A stretch of DNA of 64,000 nt. It comes from an uncultured Oscillospiraceae bacterium. GTDB lineage: Bacteria; Bacillota; Clostridia; Oscillospirales; Ruminococcaceae. Under the pieces are notes generated by a model, which made no database searches, was not told the DNA's origin, and saw only the letters and a program-made list of their open reading frames with translations. The stretch covers positions 8,489 to 72,488 of the forward strand of contig CAJTMU010000005.1 of NCBI GenBank assembly GCA_910577365.1. Reading direction: 5' to 3'. The translations under genes were made by a program, and so were the position numbers. The number at the start of each line of letters is the position of its first letter. Position 1 is the first letter of the stretch. Positions 17,824-29,360 of this stretch are shown here, in pieces.

Positions 17824-19058
17824 TTATCCCTTGATAACTCCCACAGTGAACAGCCGCTTTACAGGCTCGGTGAGATCGGACTGATTTTTCATTACCTGAT
17901 CTATGTCCTTGTAAGCAAAGCGAGATTCCTCCGCAACGTCGGACTTTTTATTTTTGGCGAGCACGACGCGTTGTTCTTTCAGATCCCTTATTACACTTTC
18001 CGCAGAAAATTTCTCCGTTGCCTTGCTCCTCGAATACTTCCGCCCCGCACCGTGCGACGAGGACATAAAGCTCTCGGAATTTCCCTTTCCGCGGACTATA
18101 TAGCTGTAAGAACCCATAGCCCCTGGAATTATTGCCAGCTCACCCTCACGCGCCCTTATCGCGCCCTTGCGGTGAACGTAGAGATTTTTCCCAAAATGGT
18201 TTTCAAGCGCTGCATAGTTGTGATGGCAATTTATTTCGCATGAAAATGTCGGTTCCATGCCGCAGTATTTCAACAAATATTTTGTGAAAGTATCCTTTAC
18301 CTTTTGCAGCATTATCGCACGGTTTTCATAGGCGAAATCCATCGCGAGAGACATCCACTCCAGATAGCGCTTTCCCTCGCTGGTATCCGCCGGAAGAAAC
18401 GGAAGATTCCATTCCGCCTCCACCTTTGAGTACCACCGCTCGTTAAGCTCACGCGCAAGGCGGTTGAAATACTGTCCTACGATATTCCCGAAGTGACGGC
18501 TGCCTGAATGGAGCATTATGCAGCACATTCCGTCCTCGTCCTGTTGAAGCTCAATAAAGTGATTTCCGCCGCCCAGTGTTCCCGCCTGAAAGTATCCCTC
18601 ATCTATCTGGGGAGTCAGTGCCTTGTCAAACTCATATTTTTCTCCCTGCTGCTTTGCGCGGTCAAGCACCTCCGAACGCTGAGGCTGCTGGTAGTGGGCA
18701 AACCCCGTAGGTATATTGCGAAGAATATCCCCGCATATAGCCTGAACCAACGTTCCGCTTCCCGTTAATGTTTCCCTTAATAAGGTCACAGGAGTGTTAG
18801 TCTGCACAAAGGCCATTCCACAGCCAATATCACTCCCACCGCATTTGGTATCACTACCTCCTCACAGGCGATCACTCCGCCTATTGGCATTCCTTTGCCC
18901 GCGTGAGTATCAGGCATAAGCGCTATCCACTTTTCCGCAAAGGGAAGCCGTGAGAGATTTTCAGCCTGCTTAAGGCAATTTTCGTCAATATTCTCTATAC
19001 CCTCCTGCCATATCTTTATTGGCAGAGCGCCTTTGATATTATTCAATACAAACATCAT
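17824..19058 (-). pseudogene. rtcB: RtcB RNA ligase split by a 1-nt deletion (or a sequencing error)
   Basis: MPDTHAGKGMPIGGV...PNAVGV in one frame; (D)IGCGM...GTLGGGNHFIE, LHSGSR, HHNYA, HRKGA, PGAMG, SHGAGR, AYKDI in the other; break at about 18830. Confidence 0.9.
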
Positions 19059-19176
19059 TTCACCCCTCTTGCTTTCGATAGTTTGATTTTACCATAAAAA
19101 CTCCCTAAAATCATTTAAAAAAATCTGCGAAAATAAAAACATTTATTTTCAAATATTAATCTACGCCGATAGGATA

Positions 19177-19500
19177 TGTTGACAAGGGACAAAAATGCTT
19201 TTAAGAATTGAATTCCTAAAGTTGATTATTTAAAAGAATTTCCCACACCGCCGAAAACGACGCTGAGTTTTGCGCAAAATGCGTCAAGTATTAACAGCCA
19301 TATTGCGCAAAACCTTGCGTCGCTTTCCCGCCGTAAAAGCGCAATATGCGGCTTGTTATCTTAAGTTTTTACACGACTGTTGCATAAAACTTTCGGCTTG
19401 CGGGAAATTCATGAGCTAACAATCAATTTACATCTGCTTTCATCGCCTATGACACCTTTCTTCAAGTGATTCATGGCAGCGCCGCGCTTATAACACAAAT
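19177..19500. repeat. Palindromic MITE/REP-like element, long variant
   Basis: Colinear with 55532-55809 (AAATGCTTTTAAGAA, TTATTTAAAAGAATTTCCCACACCGC, GCCGTAAAAGC, GCGGGAAATTCATG, CGCCTATGAC, GTGATTC). Confidence 0.75.
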
Positions 19501-19560
19501 TATTATTTTCTTAATTAATATTATAACAATTTAATAAAAGGTAATGTCTGACCGTGTTTA

Positions 19561-19685
19561 TTGACTTTTCTCACGCGTTGTGTTATAATAGTGCGTGGTA
19601 CAAATAACTCAAAGTAAATTTTATGCGGAAAAAATAAAGAAATTTTTCGTCATGATTTGACAAATCCGGTGTTATGGGTTATAAT
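19561..19685 (+). promoter_or_regulatory. Two tandem sigma-A promoters
   Basis: TTGACT(19561)-17-TATAAT(19584) and TTGACA(19657)-17-TATAAT(19680). Confidence 0.7.
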
Positions 19686-19971
19686 ATATAATGTATATAA
19701 AAAGTTTATCAAGCGGCAATACGGTTAAACTATATACAACTGCCGCTGCCATCCGTGAAGAACAAAGGAAAAGGTAAACATTGTCTTTTGGACGCGCTTT
19801 TTAAAAATCTTGGCGGAATAATACCCATAAAGCGTGCGGCAATGCCGTTTTTCGGCAGGTCTGCATATTGCGCTGAAAACTTTTTGTATATTTTTCTTAA
19901 AAACTTCTGAAACTTTTTTCAAATAACCGCTGACTACTCAATTGCAAGCGGGTAAGCGAGGTGAAATCCGC

Positions 19972-20517
19972 GTGGGAAATTCCGACATTGATAGATATTT
20001 TGACTCAGTATACACAGAAACTCTCAGTTCAGTTTCACGTTTTGTAGTAAGCCACGCGGCGCGTTTCCAAGACGCGGAGGATATTATCCAGAACGTTTAT
20101 ACCCGATTTTATAAGCGAATCTCCGACAAAGGCTACGATGATATCGAAAGCGCGGAGGCGTTCGTTATAAATATCGCCAAATTTGAGTGCCGTTCCTTTT
20201 TTTCGGGCTTTAAAAAGCAGAAGGACAGGGTCACGAATATGTCGGGCTTTTCCGAAGAGGAAAGCGCGGCGCTGGAAGCGGAGATGTCCAGGGATCAACA
20301 GAGCCTTGAGGACGTAATGTCGGACAAAATTCTTGCAAAGCAGATTTTTGACGACATAATAAAAAGTGATGAAACCGTAGGTAAGATTTTCTATCTGCAT
20401 TTTGTATGCGATATGAAGCTTGACGAAGTGGCACGGCAGCTTGGGCTGAATCTGTCCACGGTAAAAACAAAACTCTATCGCACAATCGAGCGGCAGAAGA
20501 AGAAATTCGGAATTTAG
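19972..20517 (+). CDS. ECF-type RNA polymerase sigma factor
   Basis: DAEDIIQNVY (region 2), KLDEVARQLGLNLSTVKTKLYR (region 4); probable GTG start after GAGGTG. Confidence 0.88.
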   Translation: MGNSDIDRYFDSVYTETLSSVSRFVVSHAARFQDAEDIIQNVYTRFYKRISDKGYDDIESAEAFVINIAKFECRSFFSGFKKQKDRVTNMSGFSEEESAALEAEMSRDQQSLEDVMSDKILAKQIFDDIIKSDETVGKIFYLHFVCDMKLDEVARQLGLNLSTVKTKLYRTIERQKKKFGI

Positions 20518-20589
20518 CTTTTATTAAACGATTTTACGGCGGCAATCGCCGCATTACAAAATAATTTTGTCGGAAGGAGGTCATGCTTT

Positions 20590-22920
20590 GTGAATAAAAA
20601 CGATTTCTACAAGCAGCTTATGAGTGAATACTCGTTTGACTGTGAAAAAATTAAGTCTAATGCCAAAAAAGGCAGATTTGCAAAGCAGAGGGCTATTCCG
20701 ATGTATGTCGGCATGACCGCGGCGGCAGCGGTGCTGGTTGTTGCGGTGGGCACAACTGTTATGACAGCAGTAAGAAACAACACCCCTATAGACAGCGGCG
20801 TTGTGCTTTCTGACAGCAATGATTCCGTACTCACACCGAATGAAAGATTTGTAAAGGCGCTTGACGAGCTTCAGAAAAATGCGGAAAGCAACGAACTTAG
20901 AGATGTAATGGTAACATTCAGCGCTCCTCTTGCTCCGGCGGATGCGAAAGCGGTGCTGACAGCATATGCTGACGGAAATATTCCCGTTAAAAAGCTGTAT
21001 TTTACGGACGGGACCGAAGCTTCCGGAAAAGAGCAGGTTGAGGAAGGGTTCAAAAGCGGTCAGCAGATAAGCGGCGCTGTTGTAAACTGCGCGGGATACG
21101 TCATGGCTTCCATTACCAACGACAGCCGTGTTCTTATTGTTGAAAATTATTCGGCTGACATGACCTCCCCCATAGATACCAATGCGGTGGATAGCGATAT
21201 TGTAAACGTGCCCGATAATACGAACGTACCCGACGACAGCACACCTATCGTTCCGGGCGATGAATCGGCAGACAGCATTGATGGCAGCACTACAAGCGAT
21301 ATTGATACATCTGACAGTGAGACTCTTGAGAGTTACGACAGTCCCGATACCTCCGATGTATCCGAGCCCTCAAGCGACGTGAGCATTGATACAAGTGATC
21401 CCGTTTCAGAAGAAACAAGCGATATCAGCTCCTCCGAACTGCCGGAAAGCACCGATACTCCCACAATAAATCCTCCGGAGCCTCCGCAGACCACACCTGA
21501 CAGCTCAACGAACGCAACACAGGAGCCGACGATTCCCACCGAAACTCAGCCCGAAAAGCTGCCCGATGGTGTGACACTGCCCGAAGGCATAGATAGATTC
21601 TCATATGAAACCATAAATCTGGGTGCAAAGGAAGCGTTCTTTATGAACGACAGAACTTTCTTTGTCCGCACACCGTATCAAGTGCAGATGTACACCTTTA
21701 ACGGCACGGAGGAAAGACTTCTCACCGCGGAGGACTGCGACAACGCCGAAGTATGCTGGATATCCGAAAACGGTGACAGCCTTATTGTTTCGGCTGTCGG
21801 GGATAACGGAATGCGCAACCGTCTGCTGTACGTGGACGCCAACGGTGAACGGATCACCGACCTGAACGCTGTCGATACCGTTATGGACGGCACGCTTAAG
21901 GGCGTAGGCTATAACGCGGATTCCGGTCTGTTAGTGATGAATATACTGGAAAACGGCAAGTATTATGTATGTGCTGTTGATTTTAATGGCGGAGAGCCGG
22001 ATTATTACTCAACCAGTTTTGAATCCTCATCGCCCATAACTCTTATGGCAGCGAACGAAACTGATATATATTTCTCGGTAGCGGACGGTGCACTGGTTCA
22101 GATATATGAGGTCAACGCCATAAGCGGCACTTCAAAGCTTATTAAAACCTATGAAAACAATCCCGTAATATCCTCCAATCTTTCGTTTACTCACGGAATA
22201 ATCTCACCGTCAAGCGCTGCAATAACCGGCAGCACCGAGATATTTGACCCGCAGACACGTTCCTTTACAACAGTAGGTGGAACAGATATATCGGTTAATT
22301 TCGGCACAAACAAGCATAGCTTTATGTCAGGAGGAAGCTGCTATACCATTAGCGGAGGCAGCATAAGCCCTGCGGGCGGAACAACAATCCTTGGACGCAT
22401 CGATTACAAAAAGAGCGCTTCCTCGCTGTATGCAGCATCGGTTTCGGGTGGTATGGTCCGCATTAGAAACAGCATATACAGTGCAAAAGTAAGAAACGGC
22501 GGACTGACTTTTGGGGAACTTTCTGATAGCGCTTCCGCTCAGATAAGAGCGGCTGTGAACGGCGCTCTCGCGGTGAACAATCTTATCGCGCAGGGCAGCT
22601 ATGAGAGATGCGGCGTTGCCTCTGCACAGGAGCTTTCGCAATGCATTGACTGCTATTACTCCGAAAGTGCGGCAAACGCACTGCGCAGCAGATGTGGTAT
22701 CTCTCCGATGGGCGGAGCAATGAAATACAACGGTGCAGGTCTTGTTTCAGCAAATGTTTATGATACTGTCCTTAGCTTAAGCGAAAGCGGCAACACCGCA
22801 AGCGGTATACTTTATGTAAAGGCGGGCAACTATGGCGGCAAAGCTGGATATGTTTCATACAGCATAAAGCTGGTAAACGAAAACGGACGCTGGCAGGTTG
22901 ATTGTGTACTCGCAAATTAA
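20590..22920 (+). CDS. Putative anti-sigma-type membrane protein with a large extracellular region
   Basis: Short cytoplasmic N-terminus, one TM (MTAAAAVLVVAVGTTVM), D/S/T/P-rich linker; directly downstream of the ECF sigma. Confidence 0.7.
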   Translation: MNKNDFYKQLMSEYSFDCEKIKSNAKKGRFAKQRAIPMYVGMTAAAAVLVVAVGTTVMTAVRNNTPIDSGVVLSDSNDSVLTPNERFVKALDELQKNAESNELRDVMVTFSAPLAPADAKAVLTAYADGNIPVKKLYFTDGTEASGKEQVEEGFKSGQQISGAVVNCAGYVMASITNDSRVLIVENYSADMTSPIDTNAVDSDIVNVPDNTNVPDDSTPIVPGDESADSIDGSTTSDIDTSDSETLESYDSPDTSDVSEPSSDVSIDTSDPVSEETSDISSSELPESTDTPTINPPEPPQTTPDSSTNATQEPTIPTETQPEKLPDGVTLPEGIDRFSYETINLGAKEAFFMNDRTFFVRTPYQVQMYTFNGTEERLLTAEDCDNAEVCWISENGDSLIVSAVGDNGMRNRLLYVDANGERITDLNAVDTVMDGTLKGVGYNADSGLLVMNILENGKYYVCAVDFNGGEPDYYSTSFESSSPITLMAANETDIYFSVADGALVQIYEVNAISGTSKLIKTYENNPVISSNLSFTHGIISPSSAAITGSTEIFDPQTRSFTTVGGTDISVNFGTNKHSFMSGGSCYTISGGSISPAGGTTILGRIDYKKSASSLYAASVSGGMVRIRNSIYSAKVRNGGLTFGELSDSASAQIRAAVNGALAVNNLIAQGSYERCGVASAQELSQCIDCYYSESAANALRSRCGISPMGGAMKYNGAGLVSANVYDTVLSLSESGNTASGILYVKAGNYGGKAGYVSYSIKLVNENGRWQVDCVLAN

Positions 22921-22929
22921 ATTGTTTAT

Positions 22930-22967
22930 AATCTCGTCCGCGAAATATTGCGGGCGGGATTTTTTTT
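22930..22967 (+). terminator. Rho-independent terminator
   Basis: ATCTCGTCCGCG/TGCGGGCGGGAT hairpin plus T-tract. Confidence 0.75.
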
Positions 22968-23010
22968 ATAGTTCAGAAAATTTTCAAACAGGGGAAGGTG
23001 TAAAGGTACA

Positions 23011-23655
23011 ATGTATTTAGATAATATAAAAATCAAGGATATGGATATTATACTTAATAAAAATACCACCTTGTCTCGTTTTTATCCGCTGATACCGTTG
23101 AAAAATACCATTATTGAAAGATTGTTAAAAAGCGGTACCCTTTTGAAATCTCAATATGATGAAATTTACGATTCCAATATTGACGAAATAAGAAGAATCA
23201 CGGGTATGAGTGAAGGGGTAGACGAATGCTTTCATTCCGCTCTTCACTTGCATGATTTTAAAAACAGAAGCATAAGTGAATTTAAATCCATAAGTCCTGA
23301 TATAATTTCAGCGGTTCGCGCGAATGGGTATAAGAAAACATTGGATATTATAAATCTTGCTTCCGAAAAAAGTATCAATGAAATGGCAGAGCTTTTAAAT
23401 ATCAGCAACGTCGATACTCAAAGATTGTGTGCAATGTGTCATCTAATGAGGCTTCCCGGGGTAAAGGATACACGAGCGAGTTTGTATTATGACTCCGGAC
23501 TGCGAAGTTTAGACGATTTCGCAAGCAGTACAACAGATAAAATCCTTGAAAAAGTTTCGGACTATATTGCCAAATCCAAATGCGGTAAAAGCGTACCACA
23601 AAGAAAAGAGATTGAGACGCAAATTGCGGTAAGCAGAGTTCTTTCCGCATTATAA
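23011..23655 (+). CDS. DUF4332-like helix-hairpin-helix protein
   Basis: CHLMRLPGVKDTRASLYYDSG; AT-rich gene. Confidence 0.6.
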   Translation: MYLDNIKIKDMDIILNKNTTLSRFYPLIPLKNTIIERLLKSGTLLKSQYDEIYDSNIDEIRRITGMSEGVDECFHSALHLHDFKNRSISEFKSISPDIISAVRANGYKKTLDIINLASEKSINEMAELLNISNVDTQRLCAMCHLMRLPGVKDTRASLYYDSGLRSLDDFASSTTDKILEKVSDYIAKSKCGKSVPQRKEIETQIAVSRVLSAL

Positions 23656-23809
23656 TAAAATAAATTTTTATATAGTCGCAACAATTGTTGGGATTATTTT
23701 GCATAAATATTACGCGTGTGTATTTTATTTTTATTAAAACAGAAACTCCCCAAGCCTTTAACAGCTTGGGAAGTTGTTTTCTCAATATAGTTTAAACGCC
23801 AGTTGTGAA

Positions 23810-24934
23810 TTATACTACCGCGCCCTTGGTGATATAAACGGGGTAATCTATCGTGCCTGTGATTGCGCGGTTTTTGGTGATGGTTACCTCCTTGTCGGCA
23901 ATAGCGTCAATAAAGGACGCCTTTTCCTCGATAACCGCACCCTGCATAACTATGCTGTTCTTGATAACAGCGCCCTTTCCTACCTTTACGCCGCGGAAAA
24001 GCACAGAGTTCTCTACCGTACCCTCGATAATGCAGCCGTCCGCGATAAGCGAGTCCTTAACGGAGCAGTCAATGCCGTACTTTGCTGGAGCAACGTCACG
24101 CACCTTGGTGTATATAGGTTTCTTGAGGGAGAACACCTCGCGGCATATATCGCGGTTCTTGATATCCATAGTCGCTTTATAGTAGGTCTTCATGCTGTCA
24201 ATTATCTCGAAATAACCCTCATATTTGTAGCCCATTATCTTGTAATCGTGCAGCTTGTGCTGGAGAATATCCGTTTCAAAGCTGTAAAGGCTGCGGCAAA
24301 GGCTCTCACGGATAATGTCCTCAAGGAATCTTCTGCGCATTACATATATGTTCAGCGCCACATTCATCTCACCGCTCATAGCGGGTCTTGCCAGAACATC
24401 GTATACGGTGTTGTCCTCGTTTACGCAAAGAACCGTCTGCACTGCGGCCCTCTCCGCGGTATATACGCCCCTTCCGTAAACGCAGGTGATGTCCGCGCCG
24501 TTCTTGTCATGGAAGTCGATTATAGGCTTTATATCCATGTTTGCGATAACATTGCTGTCCGCCATTACAACATATTCGGTGTTGGATTCTTGTATGAACT
24601 CCAGCGCTCCTGATAGTGCCTCCATTCTGCCGCGGTACATTCCGCTGCCTTCTCTGCCGTAAGGAGGCAGAATGTGAAGTCCGCCCGTCTTGCGTGCAAG
24701 ATCCCACTCGCTGCCCATTCCGAGGTGGTTCATCAGCGAGTAATAATTCTGCTTTGTAATTATTCCTACTTGGGTGATTCCCGAATTAACCATGCTCGAC
24801 AGAGGAAAATCAATCAGACGATATTTGCTTCCGAAAGGAACGCTTGCCATTGCTCTTGCCTTTGTCAGCTCGGGGAGGGTCTGTTCGTGCATATTCGCGA
24901 AAATCAGCCCCAATACGTTAGCCATACCTGCCAT
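23810..24934 (-). CDS. glgD: Glucose-1-phosphate adenylyltransferase subunit GlgD
   Basis: RAMASVPFGSKYRLIDFPLSSMVNSG; downstream of glgC. Confidence 0.92.
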   Translation of the reverse strand: MAGMANVLGLIFANMHEQTLPELTKARAMASVPFGSKYRLIDFPLSSMVNSGITQVGIITKQNYYSLMNHLGMGSEWDLARKTGGLHILPPYGREGSGMYRGRMEALSGALEFIQESNTEYVVMADSNVIANMDIKPIIDFHDKNGADITCVYGRGVYTAERAAVQTVLCVNEDNTVYDVLARPAMSGEMNVALNIYVMRRRFLEDIIRESLCRSLYSFETDILQHKLHDYKIMGYKYEGYFEIIDSMKTYYKATMDIKNRDICREVFSLKKPIYTKVRDVAPAKYGIDCSVKDSLIADGCIIEGTVENSVLFRGVKVGKGAVIKNSIVMQGAVIEEKASFIDAIADKEVTITKNRAITGTIDYPVYITKGAVV

Positions 24935-24957
24935 GTCAATATTATCCTTTCTTTCAA

Positions 24958-26163
24958 TTAAATGTCCTTAGATATCATAGCCTTTGGAGGAGCGACCGCT
25001 TTGTCTGATACGTTTACATGATGTCCGATGACCGCGACGCCCCACTGCGACTTGTCCTCGATAAGCTCGGGACGCTCGCCGATATGCGCGCCCTCTCCAA
25101 TTACGCAGTCCTCGCCCACAATGGCATACTCTATTACCGCGCCTTTCTTTATAACGGAGTTAGGCATTATGATACTGTCGCGCACAATCGCGCCCTCCTC
25201 AACGGTTACTCCCGCGAACAACACCGAGAAGTCTATCATACCGTTGATTTCGCAGCCCTCGGCTATCATGGAATTCTCTATCCGGCTGCTTGCTCCCGCA
25301 TAGTGGGGCGGCATAACGGGGTTGCGGGAATATATCTTCCAGCTGTCGTCCAGCAAATCAAGCGGAACCTTAGGATCAAGAACGTCCATATTAGCTTCCC
25401 ACAAAGAGTCGATTGTTCCTACGTCCTTCCAGTAGCCGTCAAAGTGGTAAGCCATCATCTTTTCCTTATTGTCCAACATTGAGGGGATAATATTTTTTCC
25501 GAAGTCCTTTGTAGCATCAGTATCGTTTTCGTTGTCAATAAGATACTTTCTCAGCTTGCTCCAAGTGAAAACATAGATACCCATTGAAGCAAGGTTTGAT
25601 TTCGGCTCCTTGGGTTTCTCGGCAAACTCGTAGATCGAACCGTCCGCGTTAGCACTCATTATGCCAAAGCGGGAAGCCTCTTCCCACGGAACTTCCAGCA
25701 CCGCGATGGTTGCGTCTGCCTCAGTCTGCTTATGGAAATCCACCATTTTCCCGTAATTCATTTTGTATATATGGTCTCCCGAAAGAATAACCACATATTC
25801 GGGATTGTATCTGTCCACAAAGCTTATATTCTGATAGATAGCGTTTGCCGTACCTGAATACCATGATTTGCCCGATGCGGTTTCATAGGGCGGGAGAACA
25901 TGAACTCCTCCATGTGCGCGGTTAAGACCCCACGGCTGCCCGTTTCCGATATACTCGTTAAGCACCATAGGCTGATACTGGGTCAGCACGCCCACCGTGT
26001 CAATGCCCGAATTTACGCAGTTGGACAACGGGAAATCGATGATCCTGTACTTGCCGCCGTAGGGAACGGCAGGCTTTGCCATATCCTGCGTCAGCGCGTA
26101 AAGGCGGCTGCCCTGCCCTCCGGCAAGCAGCATGGCTACACATTCTTTTTTGATGTGATTCAT
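24958..26163 (-). CDS. glgC: Glucose-1-phosphate adenylyltransferase
   Basis: [29 protein letters not shown] 26163 with AGGAGG RBS. Confidence 0.95.
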   Translation of the reverse strand: MNHIKKECVAMLLAGGQGSRLYALTQDMAKPAVPYGGKYRIIDFPLSNCVNSGIDTVGVLTQYQPMVLNEYIGNGQPWGLNRAHGGVHVLPPYETASGKSWYSGTANAIYQNISFVDRYNPEYVVILSGDHIYKMNYGKMVDFHKQTEADATIAVLEVPWEEASRFGIMSANADGSIYEFAEKPKEPKSNLASMGIYVFTWSKLRKYLIDNENDTDATKDFGKNIIPSMLDNKEKMMAYHFDGYWKDVGTIDSLWEANMDVLDPKVPLDLLDDSWKIYSRNPVMPPHYAGASSRIENSMIAEGCEINGMIDFSVLFAGVTVEEGAIVRDSIIMPNSVIKKGAVIEYAIVGEDCVIGEGAHIGERPELIEDKSQWGVAVIGHHVNVSDKAVAPPKAMISKDI

Positions 26164-26244
26164 ATCTTTCCTCCTGTTTGATTTTGAAAATTGCCGAAAC
26201 AAACGGCATTTATTTGACTTTTGGGAACATTCCCATCATAAACC

Positions 26245-28311
26245 TTATTTTTTGTCCTTGCCGGACTTTGCCGATTCGGAATTGCCAGCCTGCTTTACGG
26301 TTTTTTCGGGTTTGGAACATTGAACGGAATTTTCCGACTTAACCGCGGTATCCGCCTTGACTTCAACAGTCTCCGAAATATCCGGCGCTTCTTCCTCGGC
26401 AATCTCGGAGGGCGCTGTACGCTTGTTCTTTATTTCAAAGAACATAACGGACATAGGAGGAAGATCTAAGCTAATACGATACTGCTCATTATGCATCGGT
26501 TGTTCCTTGGCGGTGACAGTACCGTTGGTTATGCCGCTGCCGCCGAATTTCACATCGTCGGAATTGAATACCTCCGCATAATCCGCATAAAAGGGAACAC
26601 CCATCTCGTATATCTCATGACGCACTGGTTGGAAATTGCACACAACAATTATCTCTTCACCGGAGCGTGAAATTCTTCTGAACGCTATAACACTGTTTGT
26701 GCTGTCGTCGCTTATTATCCAATGGAATCCATCCCAGCTGGTATCGCATTCCCACAGCGCGGGCGCGGCTTTATAGAATTTGTTAAGCGCCTTGACATAC
26801 TCATGCAGCTTGTAGTGAGGCTCAAACTCCAGCACCTCCCAGTCAAGCTGGGTCTGGAAATTCCACTCCTTATACTGAGCAAATTCCTGCCCCATAAACA
26901 TGAGCTTTTTGCCGGGGTGCGCCGCCATATATCCCAGAAACGTTCTCAGCGAATTGAAGCGGAACTCGCGGGGACCGCCCATCTTATCCAGCATTGAGCA
27001 TTTTCCGTACACCACCTCGTCGTGGCTTATCGGAAGTATATAATTCTCCGAGAAAGCATAGTAGAACGAGAAAGTCACGAGATTGTGATTATAGGGTCTG
27101 CCGAGCGGGTCCATGCTCATGTATTTGAGCATATCGTTCATCCAGCCCATGTTCCACTTGAAGTTGAAGCCCAACCCACCTATATCCGCGGGTTTTGTTA
27201 CCATCGGCCACGCGGTGGACTCCTCCGCTATCATCATTATCTTTGGGTGCTCTCTGAACAGCGCCGCGTTCAGCTTCTGCAAAAACGCCACCGCTTCAAG
27301 ATTGTGGTTTCCTCCCTCATTGTTGGGACGCCACTCGCCGTCGCGCCTGTCGTAATCCAGATACAGCATGGAAGCCACGGCGTCAACGCGCAGACCGTCG
27401 ATATGATATTTCTCTATCCAATAATTGGCGTTGGATACAAGGAAGCTCTGCACCTCGGGCTTGCCCCAGTCGAAAACGTGTGTGCCCCAGTTCTTGTGCT
27501 CACGCTTAAGGGGATCCTGATACTCATAAAGGCTTTGACCATCAAACTCATACAGACCTGCCGCGTCCTTTGGGAAATGCGCGGGTACCCAGTCAATGAT
27601 CACTCCGATGCCGGCATTGTGGCACTTGTTCACAAAACTCATGAAATCGAATGGAGTGCCAAAACGCGAGGTAGGCGCATAATACCCTATCTGCTGATAT
27701 CCCCATGAGCCGTCGAAAGGATATTCTCCTATCGGCATAAGCTCTATATGAGTATACCCCATCTCCGTGATGTACGGGATAAGCTCGTCAGCCATGCGGT
27801 TGTAATCGTAGAATTTGTCGCCATCCTTGCGCCATGAGCCTATGTTTATCTCATATATGTTCGCGGCGCTGTCATAGAGATTTTTCTCGGAAAGCTCCTG
27901 CATATACTTATCGTCGGTCCATTTGAAACCGTCTAAATCAAAAAACTTGGTCGCTGTGTTCGGGCGGGTTTCCATATGATAACCGTAGGGATCGGCCTTC
28001 AGCTTGATAAGCCCGTCAAGGCTTTCAACGCTGTACTTATAGTTATCAAACTGCTTTATTCCCTCGATAAACAGCTCCCATATGCCGCCGTCGCTTATCT
28101 TGTTCATGTACCCCTTGGTGCGGTCCCAGTGGTTAAAGTCCCCCACAACGCTTACAGTGCGCGCGTGAGGCGCCCACACCCTGAATACAACGCCTGACTT
28201 CCCGTCCGCAGTTTCCTTATGCGATCCGAAAAAATCATAGGCGTGCGCATTCTCGCCGTTGTGGAACAAATACAGCGGGACATTATACTTATCGGGTACA
28301 ATAATAGCCAT
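26245..28311 (-). CDS. glgB: 1,4-alpha-glucan branching enzyme
   Basis: FRVWAP, SWGYQ, DGLRVDAVASMLY, AEESTAWP, SHDEVV. Confidence 0.95.
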   Translation of the reverse strand: MAIIVPDKYNVPLYLFHNGENAHAYDFFGSHKETADGKSGVVFRVWAPHARTVSVVGDFNHWDRTKGYMNKISDGGIWELFIEGIKQFDNYKYSVESLDGLIKLKADPYGYHMETRPNTATKFFDLDGFKWTDDKYMQELSEKNLYDSAANIYEINIGSWRKDGDKFYDYNRMADELIPYITEMGYTHIELMPIGEYPFDGSWGYQQIGYYAPTSRFGTPFDFMSFVNKCHNAGIGVIIDWVPAHFPKDAAGLYEFDGQSLYEYQDPLKREHKNWGTHVFDWGKPEVQSFLVSNANYWIEKYHIDGLRVDAVASMLYLDYDRRDGEWRPNNEGGNHNLEAVAFLQKLNAALFREHPKIMMIAEESTAWPMVTKPADIGGLGFNFKWNMGWMNDMLKYMSMDPLGRPYNHNLVTFSFYYAFSENYILPISHDEVVYGKCSMLDKMGGPREFRFNSLRTFLGYMAAHPGKKLMFMGQEFAQYKEWNFQTQLDWEVLEFEPHYKLHEYVKALNKFYKAAPALWECDTSWDGFHWIISDDSTNSVIAFRRISRSGEEIIVVCNFQPVRHEIYEMGVPFYADYAEVFNSDDVKFGGSGITNGTVTAKEQPMHNEQYRISLDLPPMSVMFFEIKNKRTAPSEIAEEEAPDISETVEVKADTAVKSENSVQCSKPEKTVKQAGNSESAKSGKDKK

Positions 28312-28334
28312 TTAAATTACCTCCTTATTAATGC

Positions 28335-28461
28335 GAATTTTCCGCACCGCGCTAACGCTTTTGCGTTTGCGATAGCTCGTTGGCAAAGCTCCACTCCGCT
28401 TCGCTCCGTTACTTTTTACCAACGGCTTGCGGAAAATTCATGCGTGGGCGGTCACTTTACG
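28335..28461. repeat. Palindromic REP-like element in the glgB 5' region
   Basis: GAATTTTCCGCA...TGCGGAAAATTC inverted ends; flank ATGCGTGGGCGGTCACTTTACG shared with the 55.7 kb copy. Confidence 0.7.
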
Positions 28462-29360
28462 GCAACATTCGACGCCTTTGCCGCACAATTTTCTCACAGA
28501 TTGCGGAAAGCCGCGCCGATGTCAGCGAGCTTTGTTTAATCACTTGATCTCACAATGATATGCATATTGTCTATGCCTGCCATCTTTTCCGTTTGTTGCC
28601 TTTTTTCGTATCATTTTTCACAAAAATGCACCAAACTTTAGATGTTTCATTGTTAATATTTTACCACATTATTAAAGATTTTTCAATAGATTTGTTGACA
28701 ATTCATACACTTTGACGTTTTTGTGTAATCGTTTTTATGCATTTTGCACACAAAAATTTGCCTTTATTGCCATCTACTTAGATAAAAGACTAACAAAAAT
28801 TCACACAAGTGGTTTAACTACGGAAAATTTTGATTAAAGTTTTCGCTTTTACAGCCTGTACTGTCACACAAAATTTAAAATTAATTTGTCACATCTGCAT
28901 ACCTCTCATTTTTACCAAGCGACGAAATTGCACAAGACAAGATTACATTATACGATTTAGGTAATATCTGAAAACAAAGAAATTTAATACAATTTTGCTA
29001 AATATGTGACGATTTAAAGGGGGAAAGTACAGAAATTCTTTTGTGTTCCGGGTATTTTTGACACAGAAAGCGTCCGCAATTAGTAGAAATTGTGATTTAT
29101 CAGATAGCCAATAGTTAAAGCTCACACAAATTATATAATAACGCGTTTGCGTGTAAAAATAGGTTTTGACCATCGTAGAATCAAACTAAAAAGCAAAATC
29201 TAAAATATAGGGCAGTTTTTGTTCATAAGAAGGCAAATCCAAAATGCTACATAAGATTTTCTCACATTTTAAAACAATTCATACGGACAGGCGTCCACGC
29301 TTGCCCGTATGAACCCATAAATGTCAAAGCACAATCATCGGCAAGCAATATCACAAGAGG

